NCBI GenBank assembly: GCA_951406725.2
Contig: OX597824.1
Coordinates: forward strand, 32,984,001 to 33,048,000
DNA from: Octopus vulgaris
Taxonomy: Eukaryota
Length of the DNA stretch: 64,000 bases
Direction: 5' to 3'
Shown here: positions 12,590 through 25,610 of the stretch, one piece after another
Layout: each line of letters opens with the position of its first letter
Position numbering within the stretch: the stretch's first letter is position 1
The notes under the pieces: model-generated
Told to the model about the DNA's origin: nothing
The model's database searches: none
What the model saw: only the letters and a program-made list of their open reading frames with translations
Translations under genes and position numbers: made by a program

Positions 12590-13500
12590 CAATGGTGATT
12601 TCTTTCATTGGTCAAAAAGAGTCTAAGACAATGGCACAACACAAAGTGTTACCAGCCACTCTGATTTCCTAAGTATTTGGCACCATAAAAAGCCTTGCTC
12701 AGAAATGCAGGTAGGGCTTTCCTGTGTCCCATTCTGAGTAGGATGCTCCACAATGTCTCAGCTTCCACAATAACGGCTCCAGCCCTAAGACAAACAGGTG
12801 AGACAAGATTGGGAGAGTGCATCATTGGCAGATTAAATACCCTAATACAAAGCAATTCTAGTAAGAGGTCACTTAGCCAGGCCACTGAACAGATGTCATT
12901 ATATAATAGTCGTCCAGTTTTCGGAGAAGGGACTGAAAATGACTGCTCTTAGGACAGCAGTGTCATGGCAATGGCTGATCCTGATGTATACTACAGACTG
13001 ATCTGAAACAGATCAGAATTTCACCAAACTGTTCTATGATGTATCATACTAAGTGGTTGTCATAAACAAATCTGTCAGGTATTAGACAAGTTTACGCAGC
13101 TCCAACTGTGGAGGTGCATGGCTTAGTGGTTAGGATGTCAGCATCATGATTGTAAGATTGTGGTTTCGATTACTAGACCGGGCGACACGTTGTGTTCTTG
13201 AGCAAAACACTTCATTTCATGTTGCTCCAGTCCACTCAGCTGGCAAAAATGAGTAACGCTGCAATGGACTGGCGTCCTGTCCAACTGAGGAACACATACA
13301 CCATAGAAACCGGGAAATCAGGCCCATGAGCCTGGCTAGGCATTAAAAAGGTCGCATTTATTTATTATTTTATGCATCTCCAACTAAACCACTGACAGCA
13401 GGTGCCAATCTTCTGGTAAGAACTTTGCAAAAGATATTTTTAATTTTGTGTTGAGCAGAATTATAGTCCAGAGGTTATCTATTATGTTACCTTGGCCAAA
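12590..13500 (-). mobile_element. Decayed Tx1/L1-clade LINE reverse transcriptase fragment, split by a SINE; a possibly related piece at ~14140-14630
   Basis: GNIIDNLWTIILLNTKLKI/KVLTRRLAPAVSGLVGDA, then IPDRFVYDNHL and AVLRAVIFSPFSENWTTIIYNDICSV, resembling L1/Tx1 RT motifs (RPITLLN..KILAKVLA.RL; PGRSI.DN). Confidence 0.65.
13108..13368 (+). mobile_element. tRNA-derived SINE family B, full length (also 33787-34045; partial copies ~11300-11600, ~35885-36130, ~39305-39560, ~42470-42732)
   Basis: Head tggcttagtggttagg...ggtttcgattac, tail (ttta)n; 17-bp TSD tttacgcagctccaact / tttatgcatctccaact. Confidence 0.85.
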
Positions 13501-13851
13501 ATAGGAATATACAAAGAACAACAACATAACAAAAGTAATATAACATGAACAACAACACTAACTGAATGGCAAAGAATTCCCTCTCATTCACCAAAACAAC
13601 AAACCAATGAACCAAACATTTTCAGAACGACAAAAATATATTAAAAAAATACAGGTATGACATTATGGAATGTGGTAGAGAGCGTTGTTGGCAAAAGAAA
13701 TAAGGGACAACATCGGAAGAACAGAGATATACTGATGCATTAATAGGAAACCAGAATACCTCATTTCAGCTGAAACTAAAGAATACCTGAAAGGGACATG
13801 GAATGCTGTAGGATATGTAGTGAAATGGAGAAAGTATAGGACTGTTGCAGC

Positions 13852-14130
13852 TGTAGCAATATTGATATCCTCACTGTTTGAGAAAAACATTAGGAATGAT
13901 CTCATTTGGGATTACAACCATCTTTGGCTAGTTTAACCCTGTTGTGTCCACTGATCTGATTGGTTAGCATCTAGCGCAGTCTGTCTCTCTACTTATTTCA
14001 TGCCAGTGTGTAAACTGACCAATCACATCAGTGGACACAACAGGGTTAAACTAGCCAAGGATGGTTGTAATCTCAAACGAGATCATTCCTAATGTTTTTC
14101 TCAAATAGTGAGGATATCAATATTGCTACA
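13852..14130. mobile_element. 279-bp fold-back MITE with Ginger-like ends
   Basis: 116-bp inverted arms (13852-13967 and 14015-14130), TGTAGCA...TGCTACA termini, 4-bp direct repeat CAGC on both sides. Confidence 0.75.
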
Positions 14131-15239
14131 CAGCTCTAAGTCACTGTAAGTAGGATGTACACAGAGTCTCCATCAAACCTTGTACCTCATGTGATTATTT
14201 CTCTGTTCAATGGATGAGACATTGCAAAAATGATTTGTGACCAATGTACAACACCACAAAGACCAATGCCAGAGTGAAAGTAATGGTCAGAGAAATGAAG
14301 CCCACTCCACAATAAAACCAAACATAAAGCTTAACAGGTAGCACTGTCAAATCAGGGATTTTTGGATGTTGTTCATATCTCCTATCCTGGAAGCTCTCCT
14401 GGATAAACTGTTGAGCTCTGTCAACTTCAAGAATTTCCCCGAGTATGTCATCACTCTTACCCACTAATAACCCCCTTTAGAAGGCAAGGGTTGATGTACC
14501 ATCAGCTGTATTGCCAGACAGGTAGAGAACTGTGAACACCTAACAAGTCAGATTCCAATAGCCCAATCTTGGTTTCCATCTGACCCAAAGCTGCAACTCC
14601 ATCCAAGAGACAAGATGTGGAAAACATGCCTCACAAGTGACATTTTCTTTTGCGATGATGATGATGATGATGCTGATTTGGCAGAATCCCACAAATAATT
14701 TGGTGCAAAGTGTATAGTCAACTGTACTGTCCCAGGTAAATACTTCATTGAAGTAGGTTCCAATGGTACAGTAAACTTTGGCACAATTTTAATTTAGGAC
14801 ATAAAGGATGGAAGTAAAGGCTACAATATATTCTGGCCCACATTCTATTGATTGAACTGTTTACTTCAATAATTGATCCAAATTTGGGAACAAGGCCAGC
14901 AATTGGGGAGTAAGTAGTCAATTACATCAACTTGACTGCTACTTTATTTTATTGACCCTGAAAGGAAGAAAGGCAATGTTGATCTCAGTGGTATTTGAGC
15001 CCAGAATGTAAAGAGCACCAGAAGAAATGTTGCTTAGCATTTGTCTGACATGCTAATGATTCTACTTGCTTGTTGCCTTACTGTTCACTTTAATAATAGC
15101 AATAACGGTGATGGGAAGGAAAAAAGTGAGGGTAAATCATATAGTAAAAGAAAGGGCTGACAAAGCTGTGACAGGGGACAGCATGAGGACGTGAGAAAGT
15201 CTGTGCATAACATGGATTGATTACTGGAATGTATGAGAG

Positions 15240-15590
15240 TGTCATCATCATTACAATCATAATTTAATGCCCATTTTGCATGCTGGCAAGGCTGGGAGCT
15301 GCACCAGGCTCCAATTGTCTGCTTTGGCATGATTCCTATGACTTGATACCCTTTCTAACATCAACCACTACACAGAATGTACTGGGTGCTTTTTACTTGG
15401 CATTGGCACCAGTGTTTTATACATGACACCAGTATAGATGCTTTATAAGTGGTACCAGCATGAGGGCTTATACATGGTACCTGCACGGGAGCTTTACACA
15501 TGACACCAGCACAGGAGCCTTACATGTGGCACCAGCATGGGCGCTTTATATGTAGAACCAGCATGTGCTCTCTACATGGCACCAGCATGT
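15240..15590 (-). mobile_element. RTE-type LINE 3' UTR remnant with an expanded ~22-bp tandem unit (related tails at ~3800-3990, ~7500-7800, ~20640-20870, ~34052-34412, ~45615-45870, ~53665-54050, ~58583-58850)
   Basis: Same tail sequence and (GAT)n end as the 3' UTRs attached to RTE ORFs at 41740 and 50880; units of the type atgtggcaccagcatgggcgcttt. Confidence 0.7.
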
Positions 15591-18500
15591 ATCTCCTCTA
15601 CAGCAAGACATCTGTTCCTATCCCTCTATCATTCTTTAGCCTCTTAAATCTGACATAAGCCACCTTCCTCAAAACTACACATCTCTCGATCAAGAGCTCT
15701 TGTTTTGCGAGCTATCTGGTGATCTCAATCATGTCAGTGACACAAAAAAGCATTCAGTACACTCTCTAATGTGGTTGGCATTAAGTAGGGTATCCAGCCA
15801 TAGAAAACATGCCAAGGCAGACATTGGTGCTTCACAGACCTGTCAGATCTTGTCAAACCATCCAACCCATGCCAGTATGGAATATGGAGGCTAAATGATG
15901 ATGATGATGATGATGATGGCAGTAACTTTAACTAGTTCTACTAAAAAACTATAAAAACACATACTACAAATATGAAGTTTGTGATCTTCATTTGTTACCT
16001 TATCCCCTCAGCACACTGAACAGCCAATGATAAAATATCAACCCAGTCTATGACCCAAGTAGATTCTACATCATAGCTATTAACCCTTTTGACACCAACC
16101 TGCCTGAAACTAACCTGAGTTCTATGACATAAACTTACTGTTTTAAAGTGGTTCAAATTATAATCTTCCATCAAAATTTTATGCTAATTTTTTCCAGACT
16201 CCAACCTAATAACAAGAAAGTTATTTTACTAAATTCTTCATTATTTTAAAAATTGATTGAAACAATTGCAACATATGTTGACAGAAGTATGGTAACAAAA
16301 GGGATAAGGTATGTGAAATAATAAATACTTCAATAGTATTTCTCTCTGGCCTGCTTATAATCATGCAAATAGTAGGGAAAAGACTGCAACTTTGCATAGA
16401 AAAATAGGTATGTGGTTTTGGGTTCAATCCCTCTGTGTGGTGCCTTAGACAAGTGTCTTCTACAAACTTCAGGTTGACCAAAACCTAGTGAGTGAAATTT
16501 AATAGACATAAACTTTGTGAAAGCTCATCTGAGAGATGGGGGACCATTCCTATTTTGGGTGATAGAATTAATGAGTTGCCTGGTTTAAGACCTCCACTTG
16601 GGCCCATGGGAATCCATTATGTTGCAAGTATTTGAACTGGATCTCCAGTCTGTATAAGTGACCGATATCACAACCGTCCCTCTCAAAGGGACACTAGTCC
16701 ACTGCGTTACTCATATACAGCTGACTGGACTGGAGCAACATGAAATGAAGTGTTTTGCTCAAGGATACAATGCACTACCTAAACTGGGAATTGAAACCAA
16801 GATCTTGTGATTATGAGTGCAACACCCTTGATAAGTTATAGAAGATAACAAAAAGTCTAAACTCAGTAGCAACAGGCTCTGACTGTTCTCTGGCATTTCT
16901 CAGAAAAACAGGCAAAAAAAAAAAAAATAAAAATAAAAAAGAGCCCAGTTAAATCATTTTAGTTACTTTTAAAATACTTTGGAGAAGTGTTAAGTTAAAA
17001 ATAAAGAGCTCCAAAAAAGAGCATCATAATAAATACAATCCATACATGGAATGAATTATCAAAGAGGAACTGATTTTATTCAGAGAAAAACAACTTAATT
17101 GATGTTCAATATAATTTCTAACCAGAAAGAAGCTGCCTCAAAGAACTTCTAAAGCTCCCAACCATTTGTTACATATGGACCTCTTTGATTCCCATTTTAC
17201 TGGGGTGGAACCTCATAATCAGTTGATGCTTAAGAAAATCCCATTATATTTTTATAATTAAATATTATTAAGAACTGTATAAAGAAAACTGTTAAAATAT
17301 TTTGTGTATTGTAGAAATATAAATAATTTATTACACATAAATTTTAACAACAAAACCTTATATGGACCCCCAAGGGACAAAAGGACACTGGTTGAGAACC
17401 ACTGCTCTAAAGCATCAGGAATGGATGATGAAGGAAAATATTCCTGTTGCAATAATTTTCTATTCAGGATATATGGATGTATTATCACAGATTGTTGTAT
17501 CACAACCAATTTAGAGAGAGGTCTTGTCTAAAACATTAGAAATAGTCTCCTTGACAGATTAGTTAGCTCCAAGAACCATTCATGGAAATGTAAATGAGAA
17601 AGAAAAAAAAATGAAAACTTATTCAAAAGCTAAACATCATGTGAAATCTATAAATGATAAATGTAAAGGAGAGGTGAATTTTAAATAATCGTGGTTTATT
17701 TTAAATGGTTCAGACATGTAATGATGGAAGACACATATAAACATGAGACAAAGACTGGAAATAAGAACAGGGTGGCACAACACTGAAAGGGGTGACAGTC
17801 CAATCAAAACAGGACAAGGAATCAATCTACGGTGAAAGGAACATGTCTGACATAACCCTTTAGTATTCAAACTGGCCATATCCGGCCCAAATAGTCTATG
17901 CTTTATGGTCAAATAAGCCAGATCGGGGCTTCTCATACCTACTCTACAATGTCATTCTAAATATATACAATCCCATCGTTGAAATCTCAAAGCTAAGAGA
18001 TAATTCAAAACAATGTGAATAAATAAGCATTGCATTTGACAGAGTAAACTGTATACTAAGGAAAAAATAAACAGTTAAAATATATCTGATATACATATAT
18101 TGATTTAATTCACAGAAAATATGTATGAGATCCTGATAATAATAAAAGTATTTGTTCTGTCAATAATGAAATTCAAAACGTCAAGATACATCAACTGAAA
18201 ACTGAGATGCAGCACGGATTTTTGTCAGTGAACAGGTCGCGGTCTTAGAGCGCCGAAAATATTTTGACAAATTAAACTTAAATGTTGAAGAAATCAAACG
18301 GCTTTTGTGTGTTTCTTAAATGGCTTACAAACACCTTCCACTCTGCAATTGTTAACTTCAGTAAAATTTAGATTTAACTGCGTATAATATTTTTAGAGCT
18401 GCATTTTGGCTGTAATTCTTAGAATTAAAGTTCTTATTTCCAAATTTAATTATTTTAAATGCAGTTTTCAAAATAAACTCTTTCATTCAGAGCATGTGTG

Positions 18501-18962
18501 TTTTCTATGAATTTCTGTGTATTTATACTAATCTCAAATATTGTGTTCAAGATCATTTAATATGAGCAAATTAGTAAATACACACATAATTAGCAAGCCA
18601 ACATTTCATCAGCCAGTGGCAATGTTAAGCAGCAATCTAATAAGATGGCCAAATAGACTATCAATGAAACAGACAGCAACATAAATAGAGTATTCTTTTT
18701 CACATTTTCAAGATACTGTGACAAACACTGTTCCACCTGCATAGCTTAGACATACTGGCAACAATGTAGATATGAGACATAAATTTAATGGAAATAATGA
18801 AGTAAAGGAAGTGTGGCTGTGTGGTTGAGAAGTTTGCTTCCCATCCACATGGTTTTGGGTTCAGTTTCACTGTGTGGCACTTTAAGTAGTGTCTTCTGGT
18901 ATAGCCCTGGTCTGACCAAAACCTTGTGAGTGGGTTTGATGGATGGACTGAAAGAAGCTTTT

Positions 18963-18967
18963 TATAT

Positions 18968-19024
<57 letters not shown>
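18963..19024. repeat. (TA)n microsatellite (others at ~19975-19996, ~20127-20158, ~25578-25606, 53602-53661)
   Basis: Direct reading. Confidence 0.95.
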
Positions 19025-19028
<4 letters not shown>

Positions 19029-19091
19029 AATAGTAATCGTAAGACAACAAAAGAATGAATGAGACCTCAATATTATGTAAATAGAGGAATT

Positions 19092-19338
19092 TATCTGCAA
19101 TACAATATGTGACAATTATTCGGTTGCCATAATAAGACTCTGAGTTTTGGATGTCAGGCAGAAAACTGCTCTGGCATCTTGTCAGTTATCAAGGCAATCA
19201 AAAAAGGCTATGATTTTTATAGCATTTTTTATTGCCTTGATAACTGACAAGATGCTGGAGCAGTTTTCCGCCCCGACATCCGAAACTCGGAGTCTCGTTA
19301 TGATAACCAAATAATTGTCACATATTATATTACAAATA
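19092..19338. repeat. Long inverted repeat (about 120-bp arms, 7-nt loop) with degenerate hammerhead-like motifs; probably Penelope-like-derived
   Basis: Arms pair around the loop gattttt (19212-19218); the right arm reads gataa CTGACAA gatg...catc c GAAA ctcggag TC. Confidence 0.7.
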
Positions 19339-19944
19339 TTAATAGAGGTCACAAAAATGACGGAGGGTGCTGTCTGTGTGCGTATATATCTGTATATATA
19401 TATGATTACTTATACATAGTAATCATATATACTTTTGTAACCTCTATTAATTTTGCCATTAGGTTGTAATTGCTAATAAGCCACCTCTTTTTATTAGTTA
19501 TATATATATATATAAATATATATACACATACATATATATACACATACATATATACACACATGCAGTCAAAAGGTGAGAGCTAGAGATGCTCAGAATAGAA
19601 ACCACATAGTAGTGCTCAAATAATTTGAACTCTAAAATCTTTATCGAGAATTGGGTCCACACGATAAAAAGTGAGTATAAGAGAAATCTAGATGAGCTGA
19701 TACGGAGATACAAATACAGATAAACAGGAACAGGCTTCATACATATAAATAATCATATATACGTATACACGTATAGATACGCACACATATATATAACTAA
19801 ATATATTATATATACACATTATATACACCTCTGTGTTTCTTCTTCTGAATATATTTAGTTGTACGTATCGATATATTTCTATATATATATCTATGTGTAT
19901 ATATATTTATTTATAAGTATCAAGCCAAATAGTGTTTAACTGCA

Positions 19945-19996
<52 letters not shown>

Positions 19997-20122
19997 GCCG
20001 AAATTACTACGATGATCCGGTTCTTGACTGAAGACTGAGGGTTTCGAATGTCCTGTCCGTGTTTATTGTATCGTCTTCTAAGGGTTATACGTTCTTGTCC
20101 ATGTTGTATTTTTCTACATACC

Positions 20123-20162
<40 letters not shown>

Positions 20163-21711
20163 CATAGTGGATTCTCCTATAGGCTTCCCTGTACAAGAGT
20201 ATAAGCAGTCAATATTATAGCAGTTAGACTACCCACATTGGTGAAGTCTTGTGTAGAACCAATCATAATTCTGGGAAACGCTAGCAGCAGAAAGTTGGCA
20301 AATAAGTTTACCATAAAATCAATTAACAGCACACCACAGATTTTTTTTTATTAGAGTTCTTCATTTTGTGGGTTAGTTGTTTTCGCCACAGCTTAGAGTA
20401 CAACTTGCTATGGCTGGCTAAATGCAAATCTGGGCACTAAACCAAAAGTCTCTAAGCCCCCCACATATATATATATATATCATTGTTTAACGTCCACTTT
20501 TCATGCTGGCATGGGTTATTATACATATATATATACCATGTTTATGTTTTTTAGTATTGCTTTGTCTTGACATCGAGTGACAGTTGTAAACAAGCATCAC
20601 TGTCATACAAGCCATGTCCAAGACTCGTCAAACCAAGTGAAATCATAGTCGTTGTCAATGCCGCTGTCACATAACTGGCATCCATGCCGGTAGCACATAA
20701 GAAGCACCCATTACACTCTTGGAGTGGTTGACATTAAGAAAGGCATCCAGCCATAAAAACCATGTCAAATCAGACTGGAACTTAGTGCAGCTCTCCAGTT
20801 TACCAGTTTCAGTCAAACCATCTAACCCATGCTAGCAGGGAAAGTAGGCACTAAATGATGATGATGATGATGTCCAGCCAGTGGGGAAATATTACCTTAT
20901 TCTGAAACAAGTGAGGATTGATGACAAGAAGGGCACCTGGCCCTTGAAAATCTGCCTCAATCAATTTTGTTTTGAGCCATATGAGTATGAAAAAAATGGA
21001 CATTAAAATGATGATGAGCTGTCAAAAAGACAGCTATGTTATGTTTTGCTTTAATTGCTATTCTAATATTGCACTTTGCATCTGTATAAAGCATTGCATT
21101 TAGTATGAATTATTTTCATTATGCCCTGAGACATCTTCACCACCATCCTCTTTCACTACTTTTTCTTACATTCACCTTCCTGTAACATAAGTATAGGCCC
21201 TGACACATCTTCATCTCCATTTTCTTTCGTTTCCAACAGGAGAAACCATGCATCTCTCCTACAACAAGACACCTGTACTTATCTCTCTCTCCCCATCATA
21301 GTCTAACCCCTTGTCACCTGACATAAGCCAACTCCCTTGATATGACAACCCCTCAATTAAGAGGTCATGCAACATAAAAAGCACCCTGTACACTTTGTAA
21401 AGTAGTTGGCATTAGGAAGGGAATACAGCCATAGAAAACCATGCCAAAAGCAAACACTGGTGCTTGGTGCAGCCCTTTGGTTTGCCAGCTCCTGTCAAAC
21501 TGTCCAACCCATACCAGCATGGAAAACAGATGTCAATAAGTTATCCACTATCTCTATACTTGCTTCCATTAAGATGACTCATTCTAATTTACACAGTTGT
21601 TCCTAATACCTCAACTTATCCTTCACAAATTCCTCTGATCATAGAAGAAAGATGTTTACCTTCAGGCATGGCATTATGGAAACATTTCCCCACTTCCTCT
21701 ACATAATAAAA

Positions 21712-22185
21712 GATCAGGTCAGGTCAAAGGCGGGGGCTTGTGCCATTGCAACATGTCGCTGCATTCAGCATTTGTTGGTATATTCCCAAGTCTCTTTCTT
21801 GTCTTGTAATGGTTCTCCCAGGTGACACATTAAGCAGAGTCCTAGTTAGTTCCCATCTTCGCAAGATACCGTTTCATCTACTGTGACCATTTGGTATGTA
21901 GTTGACCCACTTAAGATATCAACCCAGCTAAATCCTCAGTGAAGAGGTAATGGTAAGCAGGGTGTAACTCGGAAAATAGAGCAACATGGCCAAACAGCCA
22001 GAGGTAGCACTCCAGCATCATATAAGTAACAGGACGCATCCTAGTTTCTGAGTAGAGTTGTTGGATGGATATGAAATCTGACCAAAGGTAACCTGTAATT
22101 CTGCGAAGCACCTTGGTACCAAAGAAGTTCAGGCAGCTCCTAAAGGCCCTGGACAGTGCCCAGTCTTACAGCTAAAGAGCAGGAC
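21712..22185 (-). mobile_element. RTE-clade LINE 3' fragment
   Basis: LRRITGYLWSDFISIQQLYSETRMRPVTY...LWLFGHVA matches the RTE ORF C-terminus (LRRI.G..W.D.VSN..L...FGHVAR); (tgacc)n tail. Confidence 0.75.
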
Positions 22186-22326
22186 AGAATAAAAGAAGAA
22201 ATAAAAATATTCATTTGTGTTTTGTCTGCAATTTTGTCAATGGCAACAGTATTTAATAACTGTCATTGACTAGGATATATTCCTATTGCATATTTTTTTC
22301 ATAAAAACAAACAAAAATATATTCAC

Positions 22327-22416
22327 CTCCATGTCAGTCCGTAATTTTAGATAATCAAAGTCAGAGCCAGAATGGCGATGAAATTCTTCCTTTTTCACAG
22401 GTTTGAAATCCACACT
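22327..22416 (-). CDS. Coding exon of the CCDC9-like gene (SVDFKPVKKEEFHRHSGSDFDYLKLRTDME)
   Basis: Acceptor ttatttttatttcag, donor GAG|gtgaat, 90 nt, phase 0-0, continues the frame of the 23577 exon. Confidence 0.8.
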
Positions 22417-22662
22417 CTGAAATAAAAATAAATTTAACCTTTTTATATACACTACATATGATTATATAAAACAATACCTTTATAAAATACCAATATGCTT
22501 TTTCTTGGGTAATTTCTTTGTTCTCTCTAGTATAAGAATTTACATGGAGACAGAATTAAACCAATAAACTCAAAGACTTCACACAGTTCATGGTTAAGAT
22601 AATCATAACATTTTTAAAATACCAACACTGGACAGATAAATAAATATGTTTAATAGAAAATT

Positions 22663-23036
22663 GCTGTATTTGGTGGCATAAAAGATATTAGATGCACTCC
22701 AATTTTAGAAGCACATATTCAGGGAAAAAGATTTTAGTGCATTAACACATGTAATATTTAAGGTAATCAATCAGTACATTACAAAATTTTACAAAAGAAC
22801 CTTAACTATAGCAGAAAAGATTACTGGCTATAAAAAGTAAGCAGTACAGTTAAACATATTATTAAGCTAGGCTATGCAGAAAAAACCATCTGGATTAAAA
22901 TTAGCCAATAGCAGTGGGGGTCAGGGACAAAATTAACTTATGGGAAGTCCAATTTTGCATAGAGAACCCAGGGTGATTCTTTTTGAAACATTCTTTTGAA
23001 AATAGAAGTGTGTTTGAAATGCCATCAAATACAGTA
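22663..23036. mobile_element. Tc2/pogo-like MITE (other copies ~44948-45299 and an interrupted one from ~33190)
   Basis: Termini ctgtatttggtggcat ... atgccatcaaatacag followed by TA; shared body between copies. Confidence 0.6.
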
Positions 23037-23044
23037 ATAATATT

Positions 23045-23473
23045 AGTTTCAAATTTTGGCACAAGGCCAGCAAATTCGAGTGAGGCTGTAAGTTGATTAC
23101 ATGGACCCCAGTGCATAACAGATACTTATTTTATCAATCCCGAAAAGATGAAAGCCAAAGTTGACTTGCACAGAATTTGAACCCAGAATGTAAAGACAGA
23201 CAAAATGCCACTAAGCATTTTGCCCAGCCTGCTAATGATTCTTATTTCTTTATTGCCCACAAGGGGCTAAACATAGAGGGGACAAAAAAGGACAGACGAA
23301 GGGATCAAGTCGATTACATTAACCCCAGTGCGTAACTGGTACTTAATTTATTGACCCCGAAACGATGAAAGGCAGTCAACCTCGGCGGAATTTGAAATCA
23401 GAATGTAACGGCAGACGAAATGTTGCTAAGCATTTCGCCCGGTGTGCTAAAGTTTCTGCCAGCTCGCCACCTT
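23045..23473 (-). mobile_element. Two adjacent copies of tRNA-derived SINE family C
   Basis: Head ggcgagctggcagaa...ttcaaattccgcc and core gaggttgactgcctttcatc...ggggtcaataaattaagtaccag; about 25 copies in the window. Confidence 0.85.
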
Positions 23474-23576
23474 AAATACAGTAATCATATTCCTAACACT
23501 AAATATGTGATTTAGAAGTCAGCTTTATATAAATTAAGTTTAAAAGTCCTTAAAAAAAATTAAAATACTAGCTGAC

Positions 23577-23645
23577 CTTGATTTCTTTCTTTGGGGATGT
23601 TGGTTTGACCATCTTTTCTGCTTGTCTTTTATCTGCTTCAATTTC
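23577..23645 (-). CDS. CCDC9: CCDC9-like coding exon (EIEADKRQAEKMVKPTSPKKEIK)
   Basis: Acceptor ctctttcag, donor AAG|gtcagc, 69 nt, phase 0-0; EIEADKRQAE parallels CCDC9 EIEEDRKKAE (recalled). Confidence 0.85.
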
Positions 23646-23704
23646 CTGAAAGAGAATTTGTTTCAATTCATAATAGCTTCAAAACAAAGAAAATAATAAC
23701 TTAA

Positions 23705-23925
23705 CCCTTTCGTTACTGTATATATTTTGAGATGCTCTGTGTTTCTTTCGATTACTTTAAATATAACAAAGAATTTAATAAAATAACTTAGTTATCATTT
23801 AGCCAGTTTTAGGAACATAAATTGTGACTAAGGTTTTGTGGAAGATTTTAATTCAAAACTCATGAAAACAAGATATTTGTACTACAGAGCCAGAGCCGGT
23901 TTCAGCCGGGTTAGTAACGAAAGGG
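23705..23925. mobile_element. piggyBac-like MITE family 2 (others ~16080-16305, ~41151-41358, ~41365-41690, ~44118-44347)
   Basis: Perfect 13-bp TIR ccctttcgttact / agtaacgaaaggg with TTAA on both sides. Confidence 0.85.
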
Positions 23926-25556
23926 TTAAATATTATAATGGTACACTTTCAGAAAATTGAGGTAATAAACACTGAGATTGTGGACATCTAAACAGCTTTC
24001 TTCCTTATACTTCTTAGGCTAAAACCAACTTTGAAAGATGAGAATCTATTTAATTGAATCAACTTATGTATCATTTTACCGGTCTTTAAAGAACACATTA
24101 GATAGTAGATGACATAGCCCTCAACATGCTTACACCTTAACAGATGGTATGGCTATGAATAGAATGCCTTTGATCATAAGTCTACTCTGTCAAGCCTGAA
24201 CAGGGGCTAATCAACAGCAATGTGGGGGGAAAGAAGGAATTGAAAAACATTCCCAATAAAAAGTGGGAGCAGAAATCATGCTAACTAGTGAATCTATCTT
24301 TATAGAAGACCCACAAAGCACCAAAATATTGTGCGTTTAAGAAATGTTCAGATTGAGAAGAAAATAACCAAATACAGTGATACATACACACACATAAAAA
24401 AAGAGGCTGTATTTCTTTAATGCTGATAAAAATTGCATTGATAAGGACAACATCAGTAGTTCATGCAAAATTCCAAATTATAGTAATGATGACAATTAAA
24501 ATAGTAATCTCTGTTTCATACTTAATGTAAATACATCATGAAAGGCAAATTAACTGCAATAATTTGTCCAGAGATGATATTTGTTCTGAACTGAGTGTGT
24601 TTCAAAAATACAAATATATCAGTAGAAGTTGAAAACTGTCCAGCAGTGGCAATGAGAATGCTAAATTTGTATTTCTGTGCATTTCTGCCTTGTTGGGCTT
24701 TGTCAGCAGCATGTACTTGCTAGCAACTGCATCCTAAGGCGAAATCTATTGTTACTGATATAGGAAAACAATAATAGCATTAAAAAAAAAAAAAAATCAC
24801 TGATGTTGCAATTAGCTATGTGGGCTGAATAAAAATTTATTATGTGCATCAGAAGCAAGAAGCATAGATTAAACTCAATGTAAATACACCGAGAAAGGCC
24901 AATTAACTGTCAGTATTTGACTGCTATATGTCACAGGTATGACTAAAGATGGATGAAGCAGACAAAAGAAAGAAATAAGAAATACGTAGATCTAAATTAA
25001 AATAAATATTGAAATAAATAAATATTCTTGAATGTGATCTCTTACATAGTTAAAAAAAAAAAAATGATCAAAAATTGCAGATATTTTGTCTAGTAATACT
25101 GAGGAAGTTCCTACCATCTAGAAGTTCACTTCACAGCCATATGGCTTGATCCTATAGTTGTAGAATCTAGTGTATCTTTTGCTATAGCCTTGTGAATAAA
25201 ATTTAGTAGATGGAAACAGTATGGAAACCTGAAGCCTGGAGCATCTGTGTGTGTGTGCACACACACATGTGCGTGCACGCATGTGTGCATATGTGTGTGT
25301 GTATATTGTGCATGCATGTGTTTGTCCCCCACTGCTTGACAACTGGTGTTTGTTTGTTTGTGTCTTCAGAACTTAACAGATCAGCAAAAGTGACTGATAG
25401 AATGAGTACCAGAATTTAAAAGAAGTTCTATGTTGATTTGTTCAACTAAATCCTTCAAGACTGATAAAAGATAAAGGATCAAAGCAGTAACACTAGATAT
25501 TGAGAGAGTAATTTCTATTCCCATATTAGGAATGACTACCATTGATGGAACTTATC

Positions 25557-25610
<54 letters not shown>

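Noticed and set aside
15370-15590. Regularly spaced repeats resembling a CRISPR array
   Set aside because: Contiguous degenerate tandem units without unique spacers, inside a LINE UTR in eukaryotic DNA.
19996-20120. CTGAAGA / CGAAA motifs in a (TA)n-embedded repeat
   Set aside because: Order and stems do not assemble into a hammerhead fold.
24700-24800. Acceptor-like ttttcctatatcag|TAA on the minus strand
   Set aside because: No good donor nearby; cannot be supported without reads.
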